A stretch of DNA of 64,000 bases from Pristiophorus japonicus. Taxonomy: Eukaryota. Location: the NCBI RefSeq assembly GCF_044704955.1, contig NC_091982.1, positions 103,788,001 through 103,852,000 on the forward strand, in the 5' to 3' direction. Shown here piece by piece: positions 1-12,698 of this stretch (its first letter is position 1; every line of letters starts with the position of its first letter). The translations under genes were made by a program, and so were the position numbers. The notes beneath the pieces are model-generated. The model was not told the origin of the DNA and searched no databases. It was given only the letters and a program-made list of their open reading frames with translations.

Positions 1-244
1 ATGCAAAAGACTAGTTCATGCGAGTTTCCTGGATTTATGCAGATAATGTGCAGACATAGATCTACGCTCAAAGTTGCCTGATATTGGCGTAACTGAGATT
101 CTGGAGAGTGATCATGATTTTATTTGCAATTTATTTTTACTTTTCTTACCAAAAACTGCACTATACGTAACCAAAATGCTATCAGTTATCATAAACTTAG
201 GCATCATTTCTGCTTAAATGCAATCCAGGGAAGTCGAGGCCTTT

Positions 245-545
245 AGTGTCGCACTGCACCATCAAAGATGATGCATTTAGCCTGTGATGTTAAACTGAGA
301 CCCCCATCTACTTGCTCAAGTGGACGTAAAAGATCCTTTGGCACTATTCGAAAAGCAGGGAGTTCTCTTGCTGACCTGGCCAATACTTATTCCACAATCA
401 AGATCACAAAATAAATTAACATGTAATTTATCTCATTGTTGATAGTGACATCTTGCTGTATGCAAATTGGCTGTCGTATTTGCATACATAACAAGTGGCT
501 ACACTTCAAATAAGCTGACAGCATAGAAATATCTTGAATATAAAT
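245..545 (+). mobile_element. Deu-domain tRNA-derived SINE fragment (SacSINE1-like)
   Basis: Motifs gtggacgtaaaagatcc, ggcactattcgaa, cctggccaata and atcttgctgtatgcaaattggctg recur in other copies in this window. Confidence 0.65.
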
Positions 546-566
546 CATTTGACATAAGAGGACAAG

Positions 567-1309
567 GGCCCGGAATTTGGAGTCAGCAGCGAAGAGAAGG
601 CATTCGCTGCTGGCCCCGAAGTACTCTTCGCACAAGGATCCGGAGTTGAGGAGGAATTTCTTCTTTCAGAATCTGTGGAATTCTCTACCCCAGAGAGCTG
701 TGGAGGCTGGGTCATTGAACATATTCAAGGTGAAGATAGACAGATTTTTGAATGATAAGGGAGTCAAGGGTTATGGGGAGTGGGAAGGGAAGTGAAGTTG
801 AGACCATGATCAGATGAGCCATGATCTTATTGAATGGCGGAGCAGGCTCAAGGGGCCAAATTGCCTACTCCTGTTCCTATTTCTTATGTTCTTATGTGAT
901 CCCTGTGTCACGAACATCAGGTATTTGACCTTCAATTTAAATCAACGGAAATTAGTGGGGATTCCCTTGAGCAAACTGCTGTGACGTCAACAGGCTGTCT
1001 AAGCAGCCAATCAAAACACAGAATTCTCACAGACAGTGACAAGGAAGTGAGTAAGTGGAGAATTTAACAACATAATCACTGCGAGAGAGCCGACATTTTC
1101 GTCAGTTTCAATGATTTGGCTGATTACACAGATTACCGGCTCTGTGGGGGGCGGGGGCACAGCGCAGCCTGTGGAGGATCTGTCATTGACTGACCACAAC
1201 TTCGAGATTCCTGTGCATGTGCCAAATTCCGAAGTTGCGGTCAGTTTCAAAGGCAGAATGACGGTGAACGCTGCCAGTTTGCCATCATCCCGATCGCAAA
1301 TTCCGGGCC
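567..1309. mobile_element. Harbinger-type MITE containing a CR1 3' fragment (~645-897)
   Basis: TIR GGCCCGGAATTTG at 567 and its reverse complement ending at 1309; 3-bp TSD AAG on both sides. Confidence 0.85.
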
Positions 1310-1879
1310 AAGGATTTAGACTAAAAGTATCATGGAATGTGCATTTGTCCTAAACTTAAACAACAAGTATATTCTTAGTGTTTGATTACTTTTATATCAA
1401 TACACAAAAAATAAGTTTGCAGCAGTGGTCATTTAGAGATTACCAAATGTCCAAAGCTCTTCAACCAGTTCAAGGACCACAGGAGGCCTTCCCAACAGTT
1501 TAATGGCACAGCAGGAGTTGTGGTGTTGACAGAACTGCAGAGATAGCAGAGATCACTCTATGTGAATGTGTGCTCCAAAGCTCACTGCTTGAAGGGCTGC
1601 AGAATTGACACCTGTCCTAGAAGATCAGGTCTTCACTGATGACACCTTGCTGTCATTAAAATGGAAGCCATCCACAGGGCAGGTGAAGATGATGAGAAAT
1701 AGACAACGTTATTGGCAACACATTTCAGTGGTCCACGCTCTGCAGGGGAAGAAAACACCTCTAGCCCTCTCAGTACAATGTCAGGTCCAGAGTAACATGA
1801 TGGGAGTTGTGCAACAACACAAGAGGCCATGGCTCCGAGTGCCCTTGGGCTGGAACACAGCTACTGATACTTCTGGCAT

Positions 1880-4423
1880 AAAGGCACAAAAGGAAAAGTG
1901 GCCCAACCATGGCTAACAAAAGAAATTAAGGATAGTATTAGATCCAAAGAGGAGTTATACAAAGTTGCCAGAAAAATAGCAAGCCTGAGGATTGGGAGCA
2001 GTTTAGAGTTCTGCAAAAAAGGAGCAAGAGATTGATTAAGAGGGCATAAATAGAGTATGAGAGTAAACTTGCAAGGAACATAAAAAACAACTGCAAAAGT
2101 TTCTACAAGTATGTAAAAAGAAAAAGATTAGTGAAGACAAATGTAGGTCCTTTAAATACAGAAATGGGAGAATTTGTAATGGGGAACAAGGATGTGGCAG
2201 AACAATTAAATAAATACTTTGGTTCTGTCTTCACGGAAGAGGACACAAATAACGTCCCTGAAATGCTAGGGAACAAAGGGTCTAGTTAGCAAGAGGAATT
2301 AAAGGGAATGATTATTAGTGAGAAGATAGTGCTGGAGAAACTAATGGGACTGAGGCTGATAAATCCCCAGGGCCTGATGATCTGCATCCCAGAGTACTAA
2401 AAGAGGTAGCCATGGAAGTAGTAGATGCATTGGTTGTCATCTTCCAAAATTCTATAGATTATGGAACAGTTCCTGCAGATTGGAGGGTGACAAATGTAAC
2501 CCCACTATTTAAAAAAGGAGGAAGAGAGAAAATAGGAAACTGCAGACCGGTTAGCCTGACATCAGTAGTAGGGAAAATGCTGGAGTCTATTATAAAGGAT
2601 ATAACAGCATACTTAGATAATATCAACGGGATTAAACAAAGTCAACATGGATTTATGAAAGGAAAATCATGTTTGACAAACTTAGTGGAGTTTTTTGAGG
2701 ATGTAACTGATAGAATAGATATGGGAGAACCAGTGGATGTAGTGTATTTGGATATTCAGAAAGCCTTTGATAAAGTCCCACATAAGAGGTTAGTGTGCAA
2801 AATTAAAGCACATCCAATTGGGGATAATGGCCCCAAGTTTCCACATGATTTGCTCCTGATTTTTAGGAGCAACTGGTGGAGAACGGAGTATCTTAGAAAT
2901 CGGAATTCTCCACATTTAAGTTTTCTGCAGTTCTAGTCAGGTAGAACAGTTTCAGTTTTGAACAGAATTTTTTTTTCAAAAGGGGGCGTGTCTGGCCACT
3001 GACGCCTGATTTGAAAGTTTCCACAGTGAAAACGTACTCCAAACTAACTTAGAATGGAGCAAGTGAAGATTTTTGTAGGCTTGAAAAAACCTTGTCTACA
3101 CATAAAAAAATTAGGCGTCCAGAACGAGGTGGGGGGGGGGGGGGGGTGGTGAAGGGAAGTCATTAAATTCTACAATAAATCATTAGTTATACTTATACAA
3201 ATATTATACAAATAAATCCAACCTGAATAAAAATTTATAAGCAAAGAAAAGATTAAATAAACCATGTTCCTACCTGTGTGAAAGTGCTTCAGGCAGGCCT
3301 TTCAGGCAGCGGTTTGCCGTCGGGACCGACCGACGGCAGTGGGGGGGGAGGAAGGGAGAAAGCTGCAGGAAGCCTCAGTACTTGAGGCAGCCGTTTGCCG
3401 TCGGGCCCGACGGACGGCAGGGGGAGAAAGCTGGAAGAAGCCTCATTGCTGATCATGGAAGGGCAATGTGGTTTTATTAAAAAATGTTAAAAATTGAACA
3501 GCTACAAAGAATTTGAATAGTCTCAAACAAGTGCATGTGTCCCGTTTATCACAGTCTATCTTTAATTACAGAATGCACTCCCTCACCCTCACACACAGAA
3601 ATATCAAGAAAATTAAAATGCAAGCCTTTGCAAGGGTTCAATAAACAAATTTTCACTTTTTCTGCAGCACTTTTTAAAATGGCCGAATGCCAATGTTTAC
3701 TTCAGACTGCGCCAACGCGCACGCTCCAACGCGCACGCGCAGGGTTGCTGGCATGAAAAAAACTCATTTAAATTGTACCCGCCCCCTCCTACTTACAAAA
3801 TCGGCGCGAGTGGTAGGCTCCGACCCCTGTGCGCCGCGCCAAGCAGACATCGAGCTGCAAAGCGCTCAAGAATAGCGCGTTTTTTTTTTCAGGCGCCGTT
3901 TTCGGCGTGAAAAACGGGCGTCCAGCTCGGAGGGGCGCCTGTTTTGCCGCGTGTGGAAACTTGGGGCCAATGTATTGGCATGGATTGAAAATTGGTTAAC
4001 TGACAGGAAATAGAGAGTAGGAATAAATGGGTCTTTTTTGGGGTGGCGGGCAGTGACTAGTGGGGTACTACAGATATTAATGCTTGGGCCCCAGATATTC
4101 ACAATATATATAAATGATTTGGATGAGGGAACCAAATGTAATATTTCCAAGTTTGCTGACGACACAAAACTAGGTGGGATTGTGAGTTGTGAGGAGGATG
4201 CAAAGATGCTGCAAGGCGATTTAGATAGGTTGAGTGAGTGGGCAAACACATGGCAGATGCAGTATAACGTGGATAAATGTGAAGTTATCCACTTTGGTAG
4301 GAAAAACATAAGGACAAAGTATTATTTAAATGGTGATGGCTTGGGAACTGTCGATATACAGAGGGACCTGGGTGTCCTTGTACACCAGTCATTGAAAGCA
4401 AACATGCAGGTGCAGCAAGCAGT
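1880..4423 (+). mobile_element. CR1 LINE copy A, decayed ORF2 (resumes at ~8749-9317)
   Basis: ORF2 pieces NCRPVSLTSVVGK, QHGFMKGKSC, YLDIQKAFDKVPH, FADDTK; interrupted by a MITE and by nested CR1 copies. Confidence 0.9.
2829..3968. mobile_element. Harbinger-type MITE inserted in CR1 copy A
   Basis: Perfect 16-bp TIR GGCCCCAAGTTTCCAC, TSD AAT on both sides; the CR1 sequence resumes after it. Confidence 0.92.
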
Positions 4424-5088
4424 TACATAGAAACATAAAAAATAGGTGCAGGAGTAGGCCATTCGGCCCTTCAAGCCTGCACCACCATTCAATAAGATCA
4501 CGGCTGATCATTCCCTCAGTACCCCTTTCCTGCTTTCTCTCCATACCCCTTGATCCCTTTAGCCGCAAGGGATATATCCAATGAACTGGCATCAACAACT
4601 CTCTGCGGCAGAGAATTACACAGGTTAACAACTCTCTGAGTGAAGAAATTTCTCCTCATCTCAGTCCTAAATGGCCTACCCTTTATCCTAAGTCTACGTC
4701 CCCTGGTTCTGGACTTTCCCAACATCGGGAACATTCTTCCCGCATCTAATCTGTCCAGTCCCGTCAGAATCTTATATGTTTCTATGAGATCCCCTCTGAT
4801 CCTTCTAAACTCCAGTGAATACAGGCTCAGTCGATCCAGTCTCTCCTCATATGTCATCCCGGGAATCAGTCTGGTGAACTTTCACTGCATTCCCTCAATA
4901 GCAAGAACGTCCTTCCTCAGATTAGGAGACCAAAACTGAACACAATATTCCAGGTGAGGTCTCACCAAGGCCCTGTACAACTGCAGTAAGACCTCCCTGC
5001 TCCTATACTCAAATCCCCTAGCTATGAAGGCCAACATACCATTTGCCCTCTTCACCGCCTGCTGTACCTGCAAGCCAACTTTCAATGA
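4424..5088 (-). mobile_element. CR1 copy B, 3' part (continues at ~8492-8748)
   Basis: CR1 3' tail at 4424; ORFs 4516..4857 and 4882..5091 give the CR1 ORF2 C-terminus (RPHLEYCVQFWSP, RRNFFTQRVV). Confidence 0.9.
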
Positions 5089-8000
5089 CATAAGAACATA
5101 AGAATTAGGAACAGGAGTAGGCTATCTAGCCCCTCGAGCCTGCTCCGCCATTCAACAAGATCATGGCTGATCTGGCCGTGGACTCAGCTCCACTTACCCG
5201 CCTGCTCCCCGTAACCCTTAATTCCCTTATTGGTTAAAAATCTATCTATCTGTGACTTGAATGCATTCAATGAGCTAGCCTCAACTGCTTCCTTGGACAG
5301 AGAATTCCACGGATTCACAACCCTCTGGGAGAAGAAATTCCTTCTCAACTCGGTTGTAAATTGGCTCCCCCGTATTTTGAGGCTGTGCCCCCTAGTTCTA
5401 GTCTCCCCGACCAGTGGAAACAACCTCTCTACCTCTATCTTGTCTATCCCTTTCATTATTTTAAATGTTTCTATAAGATCACCCATCATCCTTCTGAACT
5501 CCAACAAGTAAAGACCCAGTCTACTCAATCTATCATCATAAGGTAACCCCCTCATCTCTGGAATCAGCCTCGTGAATCGTCTCTGTACCCACCTCCAAAG
5601 CTAGTATATCCTTCCTTAAGTAAGGTGACCAAAACTGCACGCAGTACTCCAGGTGCGGCCTCACCAATACCCTATACAGTTGCAGAAGGACCTCCCTGCT
5701 TTTGTACTCCATCCCTCTCGCAATGAAGGCCAACATTCCATTCGCCTTCCTGATTACCTGCTGCACCTGCAAACTAACTTTTTGGGATTCTGTGCGGAGG
5801 GGAGCGGGTAGGTCCGAGGGCCTCCTCGTAGGACTGCTCCTGGGCACGGCCAAGGGTGCCATCAGCCGGTCCAGGCAGCGGGCGGTCGAGGGGGTCGTTC
5901 AACCTGACTGCCTGCCTCTCTTCCGCTCTTACATCCGGTCCAGGGTGTCCTTGGAGATGGAGCACGCGGTGTCCACCGGTACGCTCGTGGCCTTCCGCGA
6001 GAGGTGGGCACCGGAGGGACTGGAGTGCATCATCACGCCCGGCAACCAAATTTTAATTTGATTTTACGTTTTAAAGTTTAATTTGTTTTAATTGCCGGTG
6101 CTTTTAGTGTCCCCCTTCCCTTTTATAGGGGGCACTGGGGAAAAATTGTGATTTTAGTGCCCAAAAAAAAAAACAAAAAAAAAGAAAAACACAAAAAAGG
6201 GAAAAAAAAGGGCCTTGTAAATGTCTGGTGTGTCACCCAGGTCGGGTGGCACGGTTTAATGTTTTGTTTTACAGATAAACTCTAAAAGAGTTTCATGCAC
6301 AAGGACCCCCAGGTCCCTCTGCACTGTAGCATGTTGTAATTTCTCCCCATTCAAATAATATTCCCTTTTACTGTTTTTTTTCCCAAGGTGGATGACCTCA
6401 CATTTTCCAACATTGTATTCCATCTGCCAAACCTTAGCCCATTCGCTTAACCTATCCAAATCTCCTTGCAGCCTCTCTGTGTCCTCTACACAACCCGCTT
6501 TCCCACTAATCTTTGTGTCATCTGCAAATTTTGTTACACTACACTCAGTCCCCTCTTCCAGGTCATCTATGTATATTGTAAACAGTTGTGGTCCCAGCAC
6601 CGATCCCTGTGGCACACCACTAACCACCGATTTCCAACCCGAAAAGGGCCCATTTATTCCGACTCTCTGCTTTCTGTTAGCCAGCCAATTCTCTATCCAT
6701 GCTAATACATTTCCTCTGACTCCGCGTACCTTTATCTTCTGCAGTAACCTTTTGTGTGGCACCTTATCGAATGCCTTTTGAAAATCTAAATACACCACAT
6801 CCATCGGTATACCTCTATCCACCATGCTTGTTATATCCTCAAAGAATTCCAGTAAATTAGTTAAACATGATTTCCCCTTCATGTATCCATGCGGCGTCTG
6901 CTTGATTGCACTATTCCTATCTAGATGTCCTGCTATTTCTTTCTTAATGATAGTTTCAAGCATTTTCCCCACTACAGATGTTAAACTAACCGGCCTATAG
7001 TTACCTGCCTTTTGTCTGCCCCCTTTTTTAAACAGAGGCATTACATTAGCTGCTTTCCAATCCGCTGGTATCTCCCCAGAGTCCAGAGAATTTTGGTAGA
7101 TTATAACGAATGCATCTGCTATAACTTCCGCCATCTCTTTTAATACCCTGGGATGCATTTCATCAGGACCAGGGGACTTGTCTACCTTGAGTCCCATTAG
7201 CCTGTCCAGCACTACTCCCCTAGTGATAGTGATTGTCTCAAGGTCCTCCCTTCCCACATTCCTGTGACCAGCAATTTTTGGCATGGTTTTTGTGTCTTCC
7301 ACTGTGAAGACCGAAGCAAAATAATTGTTTAAGATCTCAGCCATTTCCACATTTCCCATTATTAAATGCCCCTTCTCATCTTCTAAGGAACCAACATTTA
7401 CTTTAGTCACTCTTTTCCGTTTTATATATCGATAAAAGCTATCTGTTTTTATGTTTTGCGCAAGTTTACCTTCATAATCTATCTTTCCTTTCTTTATTGC
7501 TTTCTTAGTCATTCTTTGCTGTCGTTTAAAATTTTCCCAATCTTCTAGTTTCCCACTAACCATGGCCACCTTATATGCATTGGTTTTTAATTTGATACTC
7601 TCCTTTATTTCCTTGGTTATCCACGGCTGGTTATCCCTTCTCTTACCGCCCTTCTTTTTCACTGGAATATATTTTTGTTGAGCACTATGAAAGAGCTCCT
7701 TAAAAGTTCTCCACTGTTCCTCAATTGTGCCACCGTTTAGTCTGTGTTTCCAGTCTACTTTAGCCAACTCTGCCCTCATCCCACTGTAGTCCCCTTTGTT
7801 TACACATAGTACACTCGTTTGAGACACTACTTCCTCACCCTCAATCTGTATTACAAATTCAACCATACTGTGATCACTCATTCCGAGAGGATCTTTTACT
7901 AGGAGATCGTTTATTATTCCTGTCTCATTACTCAGGACCAGATCTAAGATAGCTTGCTCCCTTGTAGGTTCTGTAACATACTGTTCTAAGAAACAATCCC

Positions 8001-8491
8001 ATATGCATTCTATGAATTCCTCCTCCAGGCTACCCCGTGCGATTTGATTTGACCAATCGACATGTAGGTTAAAATCCCCCATGATTACTGCCGTTCCTTT
8101 TTCATATGCCTCCATTATTTCCTTGATTATTGCCCGTCCCACCGTGAAGTTATTATTTGGGGGCCTATAAACTACACCCACCAGTGACTTTTTCCCCTTG
8201 CTATCTCTAATCTCCACCCACAATGATTCAACATTTTGTTCTTTAGAGCCAATATCGTCTCTCACAACTGCCCTGATATGATCCTTTATTAACAGAGCTA
8301 CCCCACCTCCTTTCCCTTCTTGTCTATCTTTCCGAATTGTCAGGTACCCCTGTATGTTTAATTCCCAGTCTTGGCCACCCTGCAACCACGTTTCTGTAAT
8401 GGCCACCAAATCATACCCATTTGTAATGATTTGTGCCGTCAACTCATTTACTTTATTTCGAATGCTGCGTGCGTTTAGGTAGAGTGTTTTA
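5089..8491 (-). mobile_element. Young CR1 copy C with nearly full ORF2 (APE endonuclease + RT), interrupted by a Tx1 fragment
   Basis: 728-aa ORF 6256..8442 with AITETW, VYRPP, GDFN, SDH and RT motifs GVPQGSVLGP and FADD. The C-terminus continues at 5790-5184; 3' tail at 5089. Confidence 0.95.
5791..6290 (+). mobile_element. Tx1-clade LINE 3' fragment inserted in CR1 copy C
   Basis: Open ORF2 C-terminus LLVGLLLGTAKGAISRSRQR...FRERWAPEGLECIITPGNQILI*, then a 3' UTR ending AAAAGAG; same family as the inserts in the Gypsy LTRs. Confidence 0.75.
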
Positions 8492-9317
8492 ACTGATGAA
8501 CCATGACACCCAGATCTCGTTGCACCTCCCCTTTTCCTAATCTGCCGCCATTCAGATAATATTCTGCTTTCGTGTTTTTGCCTCCAAAGTGGATAACCTC
8601 ACATTTATCCACATTATATTGCATCTGCCATGCATTTGCCCACTCACCTAACCTGTCCAAGTCACCCTGCAGCCTCTTAGCGTCCTCCTCACAGCTCACA
8701 CTGCCACCCAGTTTAGTGTCATCTGCAAACTTGGTGATATTACACTCCAGGTGAGACCGCACTTGGAGTATTGTGTGCAGTTTTGGTCTCCTTACCTAAG
8801 AAAGGATACACTTGCAATAGACGGAGTGCAGCGAAGGTTCATCAGACTGATTCCTGGGATGGCAGGACTGTCGTATGAGGAGAGATTGGGTCGACCAGGC
8901 CTGCATTCAGTAGAGTTTAGAAGAATGAGAGTGGATCTCATTGAAACGTATAAAATTCTGACAGGGTTGGATAGACTGGATGCGGGGAGGATGTTTCCCC
9001 TGGCTGGGATGTCTGGAACAAGGGGTCACAGTCTCAGGATATGGGGTAGGAAATTTAAGACTGAGATGAGGAGAAATTTTTTCACTCAGAGGTGAACCTG
9101 TGGAATTTTCTTCCACAGAAGGCTGTAGAGGCCAAGTCACTGAATATATTTAAGAGGGAGATAGTTAGATTTCTAGAAACAAAAGGCATCAAGGGGTATG
9201 GGGAAAAAGCGGGAATATGGTGTTGAGATAGAGGATCAGCCATGATCATATTGAATGGCAGTACAGACTCGAAGGGCCGAATAGCCTACTCCTGCTCCTA
9301 TTTTCTATGTTTCTATG
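8492..9317. mobile_element. Remainder of CR1 copy B (minus, ~8492-8748) and probable 3' end of copy A (plus, ~8749-9317)
   Basis: ORF 8475..8762(-) has FADDTK; ORF 8751..9095(+) has RPHLEYCVQFWSP; tttctatgtttctatg tail ends near 9317. Confidence 0.85.
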
Positions 9318-11028
9318 ATGCAGGTCGAGGAATGACCTGGAAGGCAACAGACTGGTTTGATAAGAGCAATGGACTCATCCACCATGGATGGCTGGGATAA
9401 GAACAAATGGAGTGACAATGACTGCCCCCAGATTACCAGTCACCAGCACTGCATTTAAAATCTACCCAAAGGGGCAACCAGGGGTGTCCGTGATTGTGGA
9501 AAAGGAAGAGCAGCTCTTCCAGGAGCTCTGGGAGGAGAGGCAGTTTTATGTTTTATTTACACAATTAAGAATTGGGAACGGTGGGGGAGATCAAAAGTCA
9601 CTCAGGGAAATGAGTGACTCTTCCAAGACCTGGAATGATAGGCACCACTGGGGCCAACTACCAGTTTGAGGTTAAATACTTGCCAAGGAGGAATTGTATA
9701 AATAGAGGCATAATGTCTCCAATGCCACAAGAGATGTAAGACCCACGTCTGATACTGCAGATGTCTAACTATGGCATTATTTATGAGGACAAAGGTAGTC
9801 CAGGCAAGCTTTGAGGTGTTTCCAGGCCCAGCTCCAGGAGCAGGTGGAACAAGAAACTTAAAAAAAAACCCGGCAGCCCAGAGGAAATACAGAATGGCTG
9901 CAGCTGCAAAGCATTCCATTCATGGCAAAGACTGAATGGATGCAACAGCAACAGAAGGAACTTGTGTTGGAAAATGTAATCTGCTATCCAACAAAAGCAA
10001 GCCCAAATCACAGGACCAGAGTTAGGAGTCACCAGCTGTCAAGTTGCACAAAAAACAGTTGTGCGTATGCAAGTTTTTTCTGTCCTCCTCCTCCCTCCCA
10101 TCCTCCAAAATATACGTCAGCCCAGAGGCAGGAGCAGTCACAGCATAGCCCAGAGATCAAGGAGGGTTCACAATCAAAAGTTGCCAAGACTCCTGGAGCC
10201 TGCATTCTGTAGAAGTGTGTGGATCCAGGCCAAGAAAGATCACAGCAGGCCACAGGTTGGTATGCAGTAATGAAACCAATCAGAATATATCTGAGGGTAG
10301 ACTACCTGAAAGTATTTCACTCAATCCACCAAGGATGTACTGCCCAAACAAGTTGGACAAAGCACTTGGCCTGGTTTTGGTATCTTGAAACAGGACACTG
10401 CCAACCAACCATCATGCTTCAAGAAGCAGACTATTGTGTATGCCTGCAATGAGCATATCCAAAGTAGTGCTTAAACTTAGTGCGGTATAAGGAGGACAGA
10501 GGCTGGCATTTTCCACTTCTGTGTTGCCCAGCTCAGGATCTTCTGCTCATTAACAGATACAACAAAATCATAGGTTGGGGAGTACAGAATCAGAAAATCC
10601 CAGCCTGAATCTTCAGAAGAGGCAAGCAAAGGCAGAGTTAATTGGCAAAGTCAGTAGCTCATGTCTCTTTGTTTGGAACATTTTAGGAATGCTTTGTATG
10701 AAGGATAAGGGATTCAATTTTCCCCAATGCTGTTTTTTGGCGTATTTGAGGAGTTATGCCCGTTTTTTGGGGACCTGACTAGGCTGCCCAAAAAATTTAA
10801 AGTTTCCCTGTTCTAATTTTTGAAATTGGCACCGCGCAGCCTGTCCTTTAGCTTTGGGGGTGGAGCCTAAGGTCTACGTCGAGAAAAAGAGATCCCCCTT
10901 CTGCACATGGGCGGAAAAAAAATTACGTTTTCTATGTGACTGGTATGGGCGCATATGCCCAGTACATCTCACAGTCTGCATTAAGCCAATTTTAAAGAGC
11001 CAGTTGTGTGTGAGAACTTTTATTCTGA

Positions 11029-12670
11029 GTGGAAAAAATCGGAGCTGCAATATGTAACTCGGCTCAAGGACCAAGAATTTCTCACAGGATGGTGGAGGCC
11101 CTGATTACTGTAATTGAGGTCAGATGGCATGAGCTGGACACCAGCAAAGGTCAAATAAAAGTTTCCCCAAAAGAAATGCAGAAACGCTGGAACCAACTTG
11201 CTGAAGATTACTGTGCAATGGTAACCAACCCGAGGTCCGGAGGCCAGTGCAAAAAGAAGTAGCAGGACCTTGGTCAAACAGTTAGTGTAAGTAATATTTT
11301 CATTTATTCACTGGAATTGCAATTGTAAATGTGACCATCTGCATGTCTCACCCAGCAGCAAGACACCCTCTCTAAACAATTATATTTTCATCTTTGCAGA
11401 GGAAGGCGGCCCATGACAAAAGGGAAAGAATTCGAACAGGAGGAGGCCCGGCAAATCTGCACCCACTGACACCCTTGGAAGAGAGGGCCGCTCTTTGATG
11501 GGTCCTGCCTGGAGAAAAGCAACCACCACTGCACACTGGGTCCAAACTCAAGGGAGAGGGTAAGTCCTGCAAATTCCACAATCTGTCTTTGCTAAATGTT
11601 AAGTAATGCACAGGCTAGCCATGCTTTGGTTCATGGGGATGTCTCCATCAGCTATGCTTCGGTTGATGCAATGTGCTATCATTCATCATGGTCCTTCAAA
11701 TAGCCTGCTGCCTGCACTGTGTGAGCCTACTCATGCCACCCTGCCCCCTCCTCTGCTGCTAACCATTTGTCTGTTCTGTTATATTTTGCAGAACTTAAGG
11801 CCAACTCTGATGAGGCTGAAACCGATGCAGAAGATGATTCAGACGTGGACGGGCCTGAAGAGGAGAATATCTTCCAATCTGATATTCCAGACCAAGAGCA
11901 TGGAGGTGAGGGGGAGGGAGAGCATGAAGCCCCAACTCTTGTACTCACTCTGGAGGAGTTGCTGGTGCCACCCATTGAGGTTCCAGCCCCTTTCCTGACT
12001 GGTGTGAGTGTTGGGACATTTCATGGTTTCACACTGTCCGAGGCTGCGGGTCCCAGTGGGGTGCAGCGAGCCTCAACCAGGGCCCACCGTCCGAGGCTGC
12101 GGGTCCCAGTTGGATGCAGCAAGCCACGCCCAGTGTGAGGAGGCGAAGGAGAGCTCAACGGCGCTCTCCTGAGATGCAGAATGTAACAGATGTGGTTCAG
12201 ATGATGGCAATGAGTGGGGAGAGCATTGACCTTATGCGATCACTCCTGGACACCATCGGTGGGGTGGGTGATGAGGTATTGGGACTGTCGGGAGAAGTAA
12301 CAACATTCTCGCGAGAAATACGAACACTGTCTGGGCGCATTAAGGATGCAATGTCACAGGTAGTTGAAACGCTGTCGGGGCACATGAGGGAGGGAATGTC
12401 AGAGGTAGCTGCTGCAATAAGGAAACACGCCCAGACTCCGCGGCCATTGACAGAATCAACTGGCTCTCTCACTCCAATCCTCAGACCAACCTCTGAAGAG
12501 GCCCAAACCGAGCCTTCCACATTACTGCTTGCCCACGCCCTCCAACAAGATGTATGCATTACCCGAGATGCTCGAAAGAATTAAGCTTGGTACCAACCTG
12601 AAAAACGCTGCGCCACTGCCTGCAGGCAGGGGTCGAGTCACCAAGACCAAGCGCAGCGGACGGTCTTAGA
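11029..12670 (+). pseudogene. Harbinger Myb/SANT-like DNA-binding protein gene, spliced, disrupted
   Basis: Exon 1 has VEALITVIEVRW...KRWNQLAE...RSGGQCKKK*QDL and a GTAAGT donor at ~11287. Exon 2 follows tttgcag at ~11400 (RKAAHDKRERIRTGGGP) with a donor at ~11560. Exon 3 follows ttttgcag at ~11792 with an acidic tract and a probable coiled coil. Ends approximate. Confidence 0.75.
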
Positions 12671-12698
12671 ATAAATTGGAGGAGAGATGGGCGCAGCC

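Noticed and set aside
6392-6781. Recurrent ORFs such as MTSHFPTLYSICQ... (also 47307..47915, 3866..4309, 4640..4939)
   Set aside because: They are antisense shadows of CR1 ORF2, not genes.
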